Assembly: GCF_009914755.1 (NCBI RefSeq)
Contig: NC_060929.1
Length of the DNA stretch: 64,000 bases
Reading direction: 5' to 3' (one strand)
Source of the DNA: the human T2T-CHM13v2.0 reference genome, Homo sapiens
Numbering within the stretch: the first letter of the stretch is position 1; each line of letters opens with the position of its first letter. The translations under genes were made by a program, and so were the position numbers. The notes beneath the pieces were generated by a model that was given only the letters and a program-made list of their open reading frames with translations, did no database searches and was not told the DNA's origin. Of the stretch, positions 28,281 through 46,319 are shown piece after piece.

Positions 28281-29264
28281 AACATTCTATTTGTTTCCCC
28301 TTTTGAACTTTCTGCTCACTGATGCAGTTTTTAATAGTTTCCATTTGAATTGTATCATCTTACCAGATTTTTTAAATTTTCATGTTAGCTCAAAAAGTCT
28401 CACTTAGATATATAATCACGTTCAATATGTCCTAATTCATAATAACTGCCTCTGTCCTTGAACTAACTTGACCCCTGCCATGTCCTCTGATCTTTCTCTA
28501 AGAAAGGTGTTTTGAGCTCTGATTCCCAGAGATTCCTCCAACATAGTAAGGGATCGTAGGTAGAATTGAGTCAGCATCTAAATATCTTCCTGTAAATCTC
28601 AAAGTCTCTCTGCCTTGGAGGTGACTTTTGGGATCCATCCATAGGTCAAGTTTATTTAGCTGTCCATGTTATCCCAGTTAAGATTTGGAAAAGAGAATGA
28701 GTTGGAAATCGATTCTTAGGCTATAATTTCTGTCACCTGATATCCCTTTTCAGATGGCTACTAAGCTGGCCTTTCCTTTCCCTGCAGTCTGTACACTCAA
28801 ACTTTCATTAACAGTTCGTACTGTGAGAACATAATTCTTTGGGAAGAATTCTTTGGGAAGGATATGTAGCAGGCATGTAAAAGTAATAGAGGCAACAAGT
28901 GCCTGAGAAACAGGGAATATTGGTTGAAATGGTGACTAATCCTCAGAGATTTTGGAGAGAAACTTGGATTTGCTAGGTACATGAGATGGGGTTCTAACCC
29001 AATTTAATTAAATTTGAAAGAGCAAATATCTGTAGCATTCAAAGGAATATCCAGGCAGCAATCATCTTCATGATAATTAGACTATCATTGAACGGCATCC
29101 TTTCTCTGAAACTCCATTTATGTCCCAATTACTTAATGAAACTTTTCTCAAACAAATGGTTCTTCATTTATAAAATGTAGGTCTAGGTAAAATACGCAGT
29201 TTTTGATCGACAAATTCTCCCACTAAAAACAAAGAGAGAAGCTTAAAATATCAATAAAATCTCA

Positions 29265-29563
29265 GCCGGGAGCTGTGGTTCACACCTGTAATCCCAGCAC
29301 TTTGGGAGGCCGAGATGGGCAGATCACCTGAGGTCGGGAGATTGAGACCAGCCTGATCAACATGGAGAAACCCCGTCTCTACTAAAAATACAAAATTAGC
29401 CGGGCGTGGTGGCACATGCCTGTAATCCCAGCTACTCGGCTTGAACCCAGGAGGCTGAGGTTGCCGAAAGCCGAGATCCCGCCATTGCACTACAGCCTGG
29501 GCAAAAAGAGTGAAACTGTCTCAAAAAAAAAAAAAAAAAAAAAAAAAGAAAGAAAGAAAGAAA
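29265..29563 (+). mobile_element. AluSp-like element with a ~20-bp deletion in the right arm
   Basis: ggtcgggag...agcctgatcaacatggagaaa; gctactcgg joins directly to cttgaacccagg. Confidence 0.88.
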
Positions 29564-30176
29564 AGAATATCTCCACTTATGGGCAGCAGAAAACTGCTGA
29601 AGTGAGATAAATAGAGGAGTTAATATTCTAGAGAAGAAGCAAACCGTTGGTTGCAAAACAGCCTTTCTTCTATAGGTATTTACTTATATTAGGAACTAAG
29701 AAGAGGCTGGGATTCTAAGCTGGGGACAGAGAAATGAGGGGAGTTTTTGGAAGTTTCCTGGATCTACAATTAAATTGGAAATTGAGGGACATGGCTGATT
29801 TTCCCTAAAGACATTTGTTACATTCAAAATTTAGATTGAAAGTTAAATTGGAAGTTTAACAGAATGCTAAACCTCTAAGCTGAAAAGCCCTGGAAGACAA
29901 AAGAAAAGCTTTTTTGTTATATCTTGGTGTTGAACAGTGATTAAAGCTAAAGGCCACTGTGAGTGCACAAGGAGGCTCTCAGTCTAGAGCCCTAGAGGGT
30001 CATCTTCTAAAAACAGACAAATCAGAGACAAACTGAAACTAAACAAAACTGCAAATCAGCTGTGACTCAGTTCAGACTCTGAGTGGATTAAAGTGACTAC
30101 AATCCTCTCTAATTGCTTACCAGAGAAATGGTGAATACTCTCTTGGGAAACATATTATCATTTGATCTTCTGTTAG

Positions 30177-30856
30177 TGCTATAGCTTGAATGTTTTTGTC
30201 CCGTCCCAAATTCATGTGTTGGAATCTTAGTCACCGACACAATAATGTTGGGAGGTGGGGCCTAATGGGTGGTGTTTAGGTCTTGAGAGCTCCAGTCCCA
30301 TGAAGGAATTAATGCCACAGTAAAAAGGGCTTTCAGGCCGGGCACATTGACTCACACCTGTAATTCCAGGATTTTGGGAGGCCAAGGCGGGTGGATCACT
30401 TGAGGTCAAGAGTTCAAGACCAGTCTGGCCAACATGGTAAACCCTGTCTCCACTAAAAATACAAAAATTAGCCAGGTGTGGTGGAAAGTGCCTGTAGTCC
30501 CAGATACTCGGGAGGCTGAGTTAGGAGAATCGCTTGAACCTGAGAGGCGGAGGTTTCAGTGAGCTGAGATTGCACCACTGCATTCCAGCTTAGGCAACAG
30601 AGTGAGACTCCATCTCAAAAAAAAAAAAAAAAAAAAGGCTTTCAGGAGTGAGATTTTTTTCTCTTCCACTGTCCTGCCACATAAAGAAAAGTGTTCCTTC
30701 TGTCCAAAGGTGTCATCTTGGAAGCAGAGCCCAGGCCCTTACAGACAACAAATGATCTTAGAGTTCCCAGCTTCCACAACTGTGAGAAATAAATTTTTCT
30801 TCTATACAAATTCTCAGTCTCAGGTATTCCACTATAGCAGCACAAAACATGTGACA
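30177..30856 (+). mobile_element. MaLR solo LTR (MST family) interrupted by an Alu
   Basis: tgctatagcttgaatg...ccaaattcatgtgttg...; 3' part cccagcttccacaactgtgagaaataaattt...ctatagcagcacaaaac. Confidence 0.8.
30336..30636 (+). mobile_element. AluS nested in the MST LTR
   Basis: Full dimer with an A20 tail; TSD aaaaa(g)ggctttca. Confidence 0.92.
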
Positions 30857-31669
30857 TTCAATAAAAAATTCTCTATATATCAAGAAATAAGACCATGTGT
30901 TCCAGTCCTGTCTCCACTTTCCCCTACCCCCACCAGGACAAAAAAAAAGGCAAACAAACAAAAAACTGGCATTTGTTCTAGATATTAGAAAAGGCTGACA
31001 ATGATTGTAAAATCATTAAGAATAAAATGCTAAAGAAAATGTTAAAAATAAAGAATTTCACTAGTGATTTACATGTCTATAAAATAATCAAATGGATATC
31101 AACCAAAGCTGTATGTGTATAGACCACATTTTCTTTGAATGGATGTATTTGTTCTTATAGGACTGTTGCTTCCTTAAGCAGTTCATTAGCTCCATGCTAG
31201 TATTTCCACCAATATATTCCCAGCACATGTCACAGTAATAAAACCTAGGTCCAAAATAAAGAAACTTTAAAAATAAACATGATGGAACATTAAAGAAGAC
31301 ATTTGTTCTGCAACGTTCAGGTGAATCATCAGATTCCAAATTCAAGAGGGTTAGAACATATGTCAGGAAAGATCCCATGGGAATGGGAAAGATCCGACAA
31401 AACCATGGAACATTGTGTTACATTTAGTTATTTAGCAAAGCAGATTTAGATATTAAATAGGAGAATTTCATCAGAGTATAGATGGGCGAAGATCTTCTTG
31501 GTGTGAGGAAATTAGCTACCTTATGTAATTCTAGGCATAAACACTGCTAAAGTATTCTCTGGTATGAACTCAGAATGCATGCATTAAGAAGTTATAATAA
31601 GAACATAGGTGTTTTTACAATAGTTGCTCGTAGGAGTTACTTCCATAAAGTGTCAAGAAATGTAAAGGG

Positions 31670-32171
31670 TGTGAGCTGAGATTGTACCTACTTACATGCT
31701 AGTCAGTTAGCCTGACACAGTGTTATAGATGCTGGAAGAAAACACAAGCCTCCTGAGTCAAAGACAAAGGATTTTTTACTTACATCACAGCAAGGAGCAT
31801 AAGTTCTTCTTCAGATTTGTTTCCTTATACCTTAAGGTGAAGAGGAGTGATGTGGAGGCCCCAGGTGGTGTGCAGCACACAGTGGGTTTGTACCTCAACT
31901 AAGGAATCTTAAATTTAGGGAGCCTGGATCTTTGATAATAAATTGTAAGAAAACATGCCCAATCTCTGTATCAGAGAGTATCATTATCCTTATTAATACT
32001 ATACATCAAATAAATACGTCTTTTCAACCTAAGGAAGACACTGTATCTTCCAAGGCTGATTGGTATACAAACACTGCAGAAGAGACAGTCTGGAAGAAAA
32101 TAAAAAATTAATGCCTCTGCTCGCAAGACATGAAGAAATGCAAGAGTTTCATGAGAAATTGTGCCCTAGCA
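31670..32171 (-). mobile_element. ERVL LTR (LTR40-like)
   Basis: Minus strand begins tgctagggcacaatttctcatg...cttgcgagcagaggca...cagccttggaagata. Confidence 0.6.
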
Positions 32172-33769
32172 TGAACATCCTGAGGAGAAGAATTGAAGAT
32201 CTGAAGAAGTCCTGGTATTATTGCTCACAAAGGGAAACTGTTCCGTAGTCTTAAGGTATTTTACAATAGTTACAATTAAAGATGATTGATACCACTGCAC
32301 TTCCTTGCTCACAATCCATTATCTACATATCAGCCAAAATATTCCTTTAGAAATCGTACTACATCACTCATGTTAAAAAGTTAGTTTCGCTATCTTCCAT
32401 TGAAATTATGATTGATTTTTTAAAGAAACAAAAACTGAGATTGACTTCTCACAGCCTAAGAAATCAAGCTGGCTATAGATTGCCTCTCCAGACAACTCTA
32501 ACTTTAATTTCCACTTTCAATACCTATGTTGACTTTATATGGAACTTTAGCCAGTTCCTTAAGCTCACTCTGCTACTCTTCCTCATATCTTAGGGCCTTT
32601 AGGCTTGCTAAACTTCTTGCCTATAAATTTTAGCCATTCCCTCTTTTCTTGTTAAGCTTCATTCATCATTCAGTTGTCAAGTTACGTATCTCCATCTTTA
32701 GGAACTAGTCCTAATTCCCCATTCCAGGACAGACACATCTCTTATATGCTGGTTGAGCAGCATGTTTATTCTTTGCTCCATTTCAGTGTGTGCAAGATGT
32801 CTTTGAGAACAAGAAATAGCCTGACCACACCTGTGATGAGATCATCACTTGCCACAGAAACCTACAGGAATAGTGTTTACATGCACGTTGGTTGAATGAA
32901 TACATGAGCTCCAATTTTGTGCCTGGAAACATGCTAAACTTGTTTTAGTGAACTCTGTCCCTCATGTAGAAATTAAAAGAAAACATTACCACTTAGATTT
33001 GAAACACATTATTATGCCACATTTGTTTCTGATCTCTTTTTAAGATATAAGACATTACAGTTACAGTCTTTGCTTTCTATCTGATCCCACTTCTTTTCTA
33101 CCTAACTACAGATTCTTTCCCAACTATAGATTTCAATTGTACTAAATATTTATACAATTTTATGTAGTTCCTAGTTGTTCAATAGCTATAATTGCATATA
33201 TGTGCTATATATACATATGTGTGCATACATATAATTAAAATTAAAATTTCTGAACATATATATAGCTACATATATATCATTAAATTTCTACATATCTCTA
33301 TGTGGATCTATATAGTTCTCTATATATGTCAAAACTATAATTTTATTTTGACATGAATTTTCTAATTTTTTATACATATTTCTTTTACTGTTGCCTCATT
33401 TTGTCTAACCAATTTTTTTATCTTTTTTGTAAATATGTTATTAATTTATTTCTGTATTTTGAAGTAACAAAAGCATTTTTGTCATAATTTATGCATTTTT
33501 CATTAGTCAGAGCAAATTCATTTTTCTGATTTCTTTCTCAATTCATTCACTATCTTTTAAATTTTTGGTTCTCAGGCTTATCATGAACAACAACATGCAT
33601 CTCTTTCTCTCTCTCTTTTTTTGAAAAATCTGTTTCTGTGCCCTTGCTTTTTGTCATATAGCAATTTGGGAGATGTCACTAAACCAATAGCTTTCTGATC
33701 ACTCATCCTGGTTTCGGGGCTATGTCTGATTTCTGTTGTTTCTCTCAATACAGACTTTCATGTGAGAAG

Positions 33770-33927
33770 TAGGCACAGAAAGTAATAATTTTTTTCTAGA
33801 TTTATTTCTTTATATTCTGGGGGCTTGTAAATGTCAGTTAACTTACATAGGCACAGAAAATGATAAATTTTCTTCTAGCTTTTTTTTTTTAATGTTCTGT
33901 GGGCATGTAAATGTCACTTAACTTACA
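33770..33927. repeat. Diverged 2-copy tandem duplication, ~79-bp unit
   Basis: taggcacagaaa...tgtaaatgtca(g/c)ttaacttaca occurs twice. Confidence 0.9.
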
Positions 33928-34653
33928 TAATACAAAGCCCAAGCACACAAGACCCTGCAGTCCAGCATTTTCTGACCCTTATTCCACTGTATTTTCATTT
34001 TAATTGATCTCCAGAGTACATGAATAAATATATGTATGTAAGCATGTGCATATGCATGTATGTATACAGTTTGGTAGGGCTATTTTATTTTTAATTTCAT
34101 CTTTATACAGTATTATCTATAATTGCTTTGTCTATGGAGGCAAGACCATTTGATTCTAATATATTTATATATGGTATTATTAAATCTACCAAGGGTACTA
34201 AGCCAGTGATTGTAATCATGGAAAATGGATTTAAGAACTGAGGCTCAGGAGGTTTAGGGGCTGAATTTATGGAGGACAACCAAGACTGTTAACTCAAGTA
34301 CATGTTTTCAGCTATGTGTCAATATTTCCATCCAAAAGAATTGCTGCTTTTTTCTATCCAAGATAAATTATTTCTGTGTTATTTATAATTTCAATACTCA
34401 AAAATTGTAAAAATATTCTAACAAAAATTTTAAACATCTTTAGCACTATGCAACCATCCACAGACTTCTCACACTCAAGCTACTGTAGCTGATGTAAACT
34501 TCATTTGCATAGTTAAATGTTAAAAAATGTACACACAAACTCTTTTAAAAGCATGTACATATTTTTTAGGGGAAAACCTATATATGAGTTCTGACACTAG
34601 TAATGTTGTCAAATCATTTAATTAAGACATTTCAAATATAATGGGTAATTAGC

Positions 34654-34939
<286 letters not shown>

Positions 34940-35125
34940 ATATATACAAATATATATAATTACATTTACATATATATAAAAATATATATAATTACAATTA
35001 CATATATAAACATATATATAATTACATATATAATTACAATTATATATATATAATTTTAATTTAATTCACAAATTCCAGCTATAACAATCTTTTATGAAGA
35101 ACTTCTCATTAAGAATGTGGGATTT

Positions 35126-35335
35126 GGCCAGGGGCAGAGGCTTATTCCTGTATTCCCAGCACTTTGGGAGGCCGAGGCGGGTAGATCACCTGAGGTCAGG
35201 AGTTCGAGATCAGCCTGGCCAACATGGTGAAACCCTGTCTCTACTGAAAAAAACAAACAAACAAGCAAACAAAAAACTAGCCAGGCATGGTACGAGAGCA
35301 AACCTCCCTCTTAAAAAAGAAAAAAAAAAAAAAAA
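35126..35335 (+). mobile_element. Alu with most of the right arm deleted
   Basis: Left arm intact, (caaa)n linker, then gccaggcatggt joined to gagagcaaacctccctct and an A tail. Confidence 0.85.
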
Positions 35336-36796
35336 GAATGTGGGATTCAATAATAGCAAAATTATTCTGTTTTTTCTAAAATACATTCAGAGTTATACCT
35401 ATGTAGGTTAAACTGCTTGAATTGAACACATCTTCAAATCGAAGTCAAATTTTCATTGTAATGTTATCAAATTTAAATTATTTTAAAATATAAATTTTTA
35501 TTGGAATAGAAAAAAATGCAACTGAAACATAAGTACATGGATCAACATATGATTCCAATCTCCTAAGGAAGCAAGTTAAATAACCTCTGCCAAATTTTAC
35601 AATTCTTTGAAATATGGAAAAATATGATTTTTTCACAAGTTTCACATAGTTAATCATACTAAGTATATTTGAATTATAAGACAGCCTGTTCTAATGTAAG
35701 TAAATGTACAATAGTCAGTTAAATGCAATTTGTCATACACAAACATGCACAAATATTGATTCCCATAAGCAGAGCTGACATAGGGCCACTTAAAATGTGA
35801 GAGACAATTAAGCTTTAAATGTTCATATAGATCTTTTGGCTTTGTGCGCATTTTGATACTTTGTTATATTTAAAGATGTTCAGGGAAAATGGGAAAAATG
35901 CTTTTGGCAGGTTGTCATTTAGTGACTTGCATTTGAAAATCTTCTCCCGGAAGTGAAGAGAAAGGGAATTCAATGTTTACTTCAAAATGTATGTGCCACT
36001 GTTTTCTGCATGTGATTCTGAGGCAAGTGTTAAATTCCAAATAGCAGCATATTCAGATAAACATAATCAAATATATAGTTTGGACAAAGAAAAAGTTGAT
36101 CCTAATCAGAAAACTGCACATACCATATGGCTTAATGTTTCCCTAATGTATGAAGAATGACTTATATGGAACCTTGAGAAATGTACCAAAGAGGACATCT
36201 AAATAATGAAGAAACTTCCGTAGTTACTAAATTATGGGATTATTTTTAACCACACTATACAGAAGGCTAAATGAAAATGATTCAAAAATTTCCAAAATAT
36301 GCTGCATACTTCTGTGTATCCTTCTACCCATATTTTGGACAATGCTTATAATAACAAGAGGAAATATAATTTGTAAAGCACATCTTGATAGCCTTGCTCA
36401 TACAAGATGATTGCAAGCATTGCATTTCCTTTAGTAACTGTCTCTAGGATATATTTTTCATTTTTTCCTAATTTGAATATTTTCTACCTCCAAGCAGTGG
36501 CAGCAGCTCTCATAAACAAGTTTGTCAGCTAAGATTTCTCTTAAAATTTGCCCAAGAGCATATTACATGTACATTTCTTGTTTAAAGAGATGCTTCTGAA
36601 TAAATTCAATGAAAGTTATTTGTACATATGGCTCAATTTTAAACACAAGCTATTCACAGATCATAACACAGTAGCATCAAACTGACTTTGAATGCTGATT
36701 TGCAAGATGTTTGTGTGTATATAAGAATAAAGCCTATTACATATAAGGTCAAAGCAGATACCACATAGATAAACAAATATGTGTATATATGTTCAC

Positions 36797-36914
36797 CTTC
36801 ATTGTCCTTCAGAGTGAAGTTTGGATTTACAGGCAGGCGTTCATCAAGAAAGAAGTTAAACCTTGGTCCATTGGCAAAATCATCTTTATCAGTGGCACTG
36901 ATGGTATGAATAAC
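36797..36914 (-). CDS. CDH18: Cadherin-18 internal coding exon, 118 nt (EC5): VIHTISATDKDDFANGPRFNFFLDERLPVNPNFTLKDNE
   Basis: ctttag|GTTATT...GAAG|gtgaac. Contains the cadherin A.D.D motif (ATDKD). Phase 0 to phase 1, compatible with both neighbours. Confidence 0.95.
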
Positions 36915-37364
36915 CTAAAGAAAAGACAAACTCTAAATCGTAAATTTAATTTTGCTTGTTCTCTTGATTTTAATTACACTGTATTATTTCTGTTTAAAAA
37001 TATTTTTAAAGGATCTTTTCTTCCAACTTGAGTTATTTTTCAAATTCAGGTCATAAAACAATCAACTAAATTGCTGTATCCTGCATTAGATTTTAGGAAA
37101 AACACAGTATATAATTTCTAAACATTCATCACACTTTATTTTCTAGCATTGCAAACGCATTGATTTTTTTTTTCTTAATCAGCCATGGTACTGTGGGGTC
37201 AATTAGATGCAATGTTTTCACATGAATACCTGTTGGAGGAGACATAAAGTATTGTTTGCATAAATATAAATATCCCAGTGTTGATTCAGAATAGCTTATC
37301 ACTGTATGTTGGTCTAAGTAGTAAATGCAAGAACAGTGGAGTCTTGGTTTTATTATTTTTTTCA

Positions 37365-37480
37365 GGAGGCCTTCAAGATCATGATCTAGTCCCTGTATGT
37401 TACAGACGAGGAGCCTGAATCCTGGAAGGATGGTGAGGTGCCCCAAATGTCTAAAATAATGGCAGAGGCTAAACAAGACC
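37365..37480 (-). mobile_element. MIR fragment
   Basis: atgttacagacgaggagcctga...ccccaaatgtc...atggcagaggc. Confidence 0.45.
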
Positions 37481-38912
37481 TTCCGTGATTTATGAATAAC
37501 TTCTCCTCTCTAGTGCTCAGGAGAAAGCAATTCTTTAGAATCTGGACTTAATGTACACTAAAAAGCAGAGTAAGTTAGAATTTATGGTGGCCCAAGAGAA
37601 GAACGTGCATTTCAATAGGTATGGCCAGTCTGCTCTTAAAAAATAAATATCAAAATAAACAGACAAAAAGATATTTTCCTCTTTTGAAAATTATCATAAT
37701 GCTTAGGTGTCTTCATTCAACCCTTTCCTTAGAAAAACGAGAAACAAAGAGAGAGAAGATAGAGCTGTGAAAATAATATTTCCTGTTTCTGAAATACATT
37801 GAACTAATATCATTTCTTAGAACATTATAACTAATTTCAACCAGTTCAATATTTTCCAAAGAAGGTAATTCACCAAAGGATATCACAGTTAAAACTTAAA
37901 TTTCTCTGCGTGTTCTGAGCCCATTAGTTTGTCAGAAAGATGAGGAGGAAAATAAAAGTACTGAGAAGTGGGGGTGAGTGACAGTAACACCAGAAAAGCA
38001 TGTGTTTTCATGAAGTGACAGTGAAGAAAGTACTTCAGGATACAGAAGAGATCAACTTCCTCATTATGTTTACTGGGCTCACTCTTTCACCGCCTTTCCA
38101 TCACTGCTCAAAAGATACATGTTTAGCAAGATCCTATGTGCTCCTTACCCCTGCCTCCATCTCCAAATAAGTCTCTATCCTTCTTGATTTCCCTCCATAT
38201 TTATTTATAAGCTGAAAATCTTTTTTTTTTATTTGAATACAACTAGTCTCTGGGTAGATTGTTTTTCCCCTTGTTTTCACTTAGAGTAGGGGAATACATT
38301 GATGGATAATCAGATATATTGTAAAAATTCCAGTGCTGCCTCATCTGAGGAACATATATACATTAGCTAGACATTAGTTACTTAATACAAAATTGAAATA
38401 AAATGTCAATATTTTAAGTTTTTTAAGGGTTAAATAAATATTTAAGCAGGCATTGCATAGTCCCTCACTTCCTCCAACACATACAAATATATAATGTTAC
38501 CTCTTTTTTCCCCTTCTTTATAAAACAAATGTTCTCTCACCTTGCTCTTGAATTTTAGTGATTCTCCAGTGTGTGACCCTATTTTCTCCATCATACCTCA
38601 TAACATAGTGATACATTTGCAAGTTTACTTTTTATCCAAGAATCGAATTTCGGAGTGATTGGTGAAGAATATTTCATTTGAGTTAACTGAGCCAGTTTAT
38701 GGTTTCTGTTATCACTGCTGTGGGATTATTATTTTCTTTACTATACATTTCAGTTAGTATACAAATTATTTTAATTATTTCTTAATATTTTTACAAATAT
38801 GAGCTTATTATACCTGTTAAACTCTGATATAATTCCTATTCTATTGTGTTTGTAAGGCATCTTTTTCACTTTTTTACAGATAATTTCAAATGCGAATTAA
38901 ACAGAAAGCTCA

Positions 38913-41721
<2,809 letters not shown>

Positions 41722-42657
41722 AAGAGAGAAACTCCTAGTCTCTACATAAAAAATGAGGATTTGATTATCATGTCTTGTTTAACAATGTCCCAATCATCTT
41801 GAACTCTTACAGAGTTGTTGATAATGTATGTAAGCTTCAATTTTTATTAATCGTATTTCTGAAAAAAAAAAAAGCTTCCAAAAACGAGAATGTCAGTCTG
41901 ACTTTGTCCAAAATGCTGTAATATTTGCTTGGTCTCTGCTCTGTATTGGCATATTCAATATTTCTGTTTTACAAATCACCTTGTCTCTTTCATCATGTAA
42001 TAGAATTTGCATTCATTGTTACCTTAGACTTTCTTTAGAAAATATACCTGGGAACTTAACATGTTTATGGTTTTTAGAAGTTATAAACTTCTGGCAGATA
42101 TCTAGATAATTGCCAGGTTTCCATCATCAAATTTTCTATCCCTTTGTCAGAATTCTGATTTATATCCACTGTGTTACCTTGCTATTTCTTTGTCCAATTG
42201 CTTTAGTAATATAAAATCCCTAAGAATATCTTTTTTGATTCATGTGTCTTCTAATTGAACCCAAATGTTATTTATCACATATACATGATCTAATTAATAC
42301 ATAGAATGGTTATTTATTTTTAAAGATATCAAATAAATGATATTACAAATTTAGTCTACATTACAAAAGCAAAGGGTGAAAAAAAATAGACAGTTGCTAT
42401 TTATAAATAATTACCAGGGAGTATTTTTGATATCTACAAATAGATGTATCCACTTTTAAAAATATACTTTCAATTGTCTGTTAATTGAGACAGACTGTTA
42501 CTGTTAATTAGAGTTACTGTTACTGTTACTGTTAATTAGAGTACTTTATTAGGGAAAAGTCAGTATCACAAATATATAAAATTTGTCTAATCTAATACCA
42601 TAATGTTAGTTTTGGCAAATGAACTTGCTTGGCTTAAGCATTTTAAAAAGGAAGTTC

Positions 42658-42973
42658 TTTCTTTCTTTTCTTTTTTTTTTTTTTTTTGTGGCAGAGACTC
42701 ACTCTGTAACCAAGGCTGGAGTGCCAGAGGCACGATCTCTCAATCTCAGCTCACTGTAACCTTCACCTCCTGGGTTCAAGTGATTCTCGTGTCTCAGCCA
42801 CCGAGTAGTTGGGATTACAGGTGTAAGCCACCATGCCTAATTTTTGTATTTTTGGTAGAAATGGGTTTTTGCTATGTTGGCCAGGCTGGTCTAGAACCCC
42901 TGGCCTCAAGTGATCTGCCCTCCTTGGCCTCCCAAAATACTGGGATTACAGGTGTGAATCACTGCGCCTGGCC
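42658..42973 (-). mobile_element. Alu (AluJb/old S-like)
   Basis: cctggcctcaagtgatctgccc; full dimer. Confidence 0.85.
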
Positions 42974-42986
42974 AAGAATGTTCTTA

Positions 42987-43250
42987 ACTCAGAAATAGAA
43001 AACCAAATACCACGCGTTCTCACTTATAAATGGAAGCTAAACAATGGGGACAAAGGAACATAAAGATGAAAATAATAGACAACAGGGACTCCAAAAGGGC
43101 AGAGAGTGGGAAGGGGCAAGGGTTGAAAAATAACCTGTTGGGCACAATGTTCACTATTTGAGTAATGCATACACTACAGGCCCAATCCCCACCAGTATAC
43201 AACATACCCATGTAAAAAAATGCCCATGTAACCTCTCGATCTAAAATAAT
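42987..43250 (+). mobile_element. L1 3' end (L1PA15/16-like)
   Basis: cagaaatagaaaaccaaataccacgcgttctcacttataaatggaagctaaac...gggttgaaaaataacct. Confidence 0.75.
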
Positions 43251-44442
43251 TTTTTCTAAAATACATAGTGTCCTGTTTAGTCAATGCATCTGCTTCATAA
43301 TATAATCGTTAATAGTATCTGCATACATTTATTTGATAACATCAACTTTTGTTATTTAAATGAGCTTGATTTTTGACAGTAAAGAATCTCTATTGACCTA
43401 GTTAATTTTTTCATGCAAAGCTATATGGTTAATAATTGTATGTGGTGGAAGCAGAGAATGTTATGTAATAAAATTTCTTTTATGTGTTATTTTTGTACAT
43501 TTATTTCTAATGAAAGAAAGAATACAGAGGAAGTTTAATATGCATAAAATAGAATAGACTCTCTTTATTTTTTCAATGTTTCCACTTTAGGCATATCTAA
43601 ATTTTTCTTAAATCATTCTACTTTGGGAACTGTCTTCAAATTTCATGCATGCATGCCTTTCTTTTTAATATTTTTCTCAGGCAACATACTAAAAGATTTT
43701 TTTTTTCAGAACAGGAAAATATATTAACTTAGAGAACTATATTGTTGCAGTTTACATTAGTATCTCTATTTACCTGAACTCTGCTGTTATACGGGGCTTA
43801 AACTTTCATAAAAAGCCAATCTCTTTGACATAGCTACATGCTGATACGTTTAGATGTGCAGCATTCATAATAGAAATATCCGTAATTTGAAAAGCAATTG
43901 TCATTGAAAGAGGAACAGTCACACAGCCTGGCAATACAAATACACTTCAGAAAACTGATTTCGCCAATTGTTGTTTAAATAGAGTTTCTTATTCCAACTC
44001 TGCATCAGGATGCATCGGATTTCTTCAAAAGTGTTTTCAAGATATGGTTAAAAGAGTCAAACACTATGAAACTAAAGAATACAGATTCGGGCCATTTCAC
44101 TCTGTAATGGGTTAATCTCACAAGCAGAGCACATACACTGGTAATGATTTGTCTAAATGTGGATGCCACAAGCTACACTTACAAACAATCTTTTCTCCCA
44201 TCAATTAAAGCTTAAAGTTATTTTGGTGGAAGAGGTGAAAACAAATACACAAGCAACAGCATAATAAGTTCAATTATCTTATAATCACATCTAAAACTAT
44301 TCAATGTTAAAGGCAACAATGGTAGCTAAATGTATAGTGTTTTAAAGTGCAAAAAGGAGTAACCACATAATCAACTTACAAAACTTAATCAAAATATTAG
44401 AAGGGTAGTAATGTCAAATGCTAAGTGTAGTAATTACCTTTT

Positions 44443-45137
<695 letters not shown>

Positions 45138-45910
45138 GTAAATTGGTACCACGGAGAGTGGGACACTGATACAAAGATACCAAAAAATGTGAAATTGACT
45201 TTGGAACTGGGTAAGAGGCAGAGGTTGGAACAGTTTGGAGGGCTTAGAAGACAGGAAGACGTGGGAAGGTTTGGAACTTTCTAGAGACTCGTTGAATGGC
45301 TTTGACGAAAATGCAGATAGTGATATCTAAAATGAAGTCCAGGCTGAGGACGGAGATGAGGAACCTGTTGCAAACCAGAATAAAAGTGACTCTTGCTATG
45401 CTTTAGCAAAGAGACTGGTGGCATTTTGCCCCTGCTCTAGGGATCTGTGAAACTTTGAACTTGAGAGAGATGATTTAGGGTATCTAGTGGAAGAAATTTT
45501 TAATAGCAAAGAGCACCCTGGTGCTCTTAAAATCATTCAGTTTTATGCATTTCAAAGGGATGGTTTGAATTTGGAACTTAGGTTTTAAAGGGAAGCAGAG
45601 CATAAAAGTTTGGAAAATTTGAAGCCTGACAATGAAATAAAAAAGACAAAACCATTTTCTGAGGAGAAATTCAAGTTGTGTAAGTATCGAGGAGCCAAAT
45701 GTTAATCACCAAGACAATGGAGAAAATGTCTCCAGGGTATGTCAGAGGTGTCCTCGGCAGCCCCTCCCATCACCAACCTAGAGGCCTAGGAGGAAAAACT
45801 GTTTTTGTGGGCCAGCCCAGGACCATGCTGCTTTGTGCAGGACTTGGTGCCCTGCATCCAAGTCATAGCTAAAAGGGGCCAATACACAGCTCAGCCCATT
45901 GCTTCAGAGA
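45138..45910 (+). mobile_element. THE1 internal region, truncated (no 3' LTR seen)
   Basis: gtaaattggtacc...actttggaactgggtaagaggcagaggttggaacagtttggagggc directly follows the LTR. Confidence 0.85.
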
Positions 45911-46319
45911 AAATAAGTATCAATTAAGCCAAGAGCAAGGGCTGGGTGTTATTGGCCTAGATTTGCAGCAGACTACATAGGTAGCATGGGACTAGCAACC
46001 ATTGTTGTGCCATATTATGAGAATATACTTTAACCTTAAAGCTTTGAAATGATCTTGAAATTTAAAAATACAATCTATATGCTTATTTAAATGAATTTTT
46101 AAAATTATAATTAGTCCGAAAACAATGTCTGATGCAAACATAAGCCCATGCTTGGTTCTTTAAATCATATTTCAAATGATATTTTTAATTTACCAATTTT
46201 TAGATCTCTGAGTAATCTAAAAATCATGGAAATAAAGATCCACTGAGGCAAAGGACCTAAGTTTTAAGAGTTGCCCTCTAGAGAGACAGTAGTTGAGTGC
46301 TAACAAGGGTAACATTTAC

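Noticed and set aside
34940-35060. Repeat-spacer-like AT array; also short tandem repeats at about 42496-42545 and 63332-63383
   Set aside because: Simple slippage repeats with no unique spacers and no cas genes; not CRISPR.
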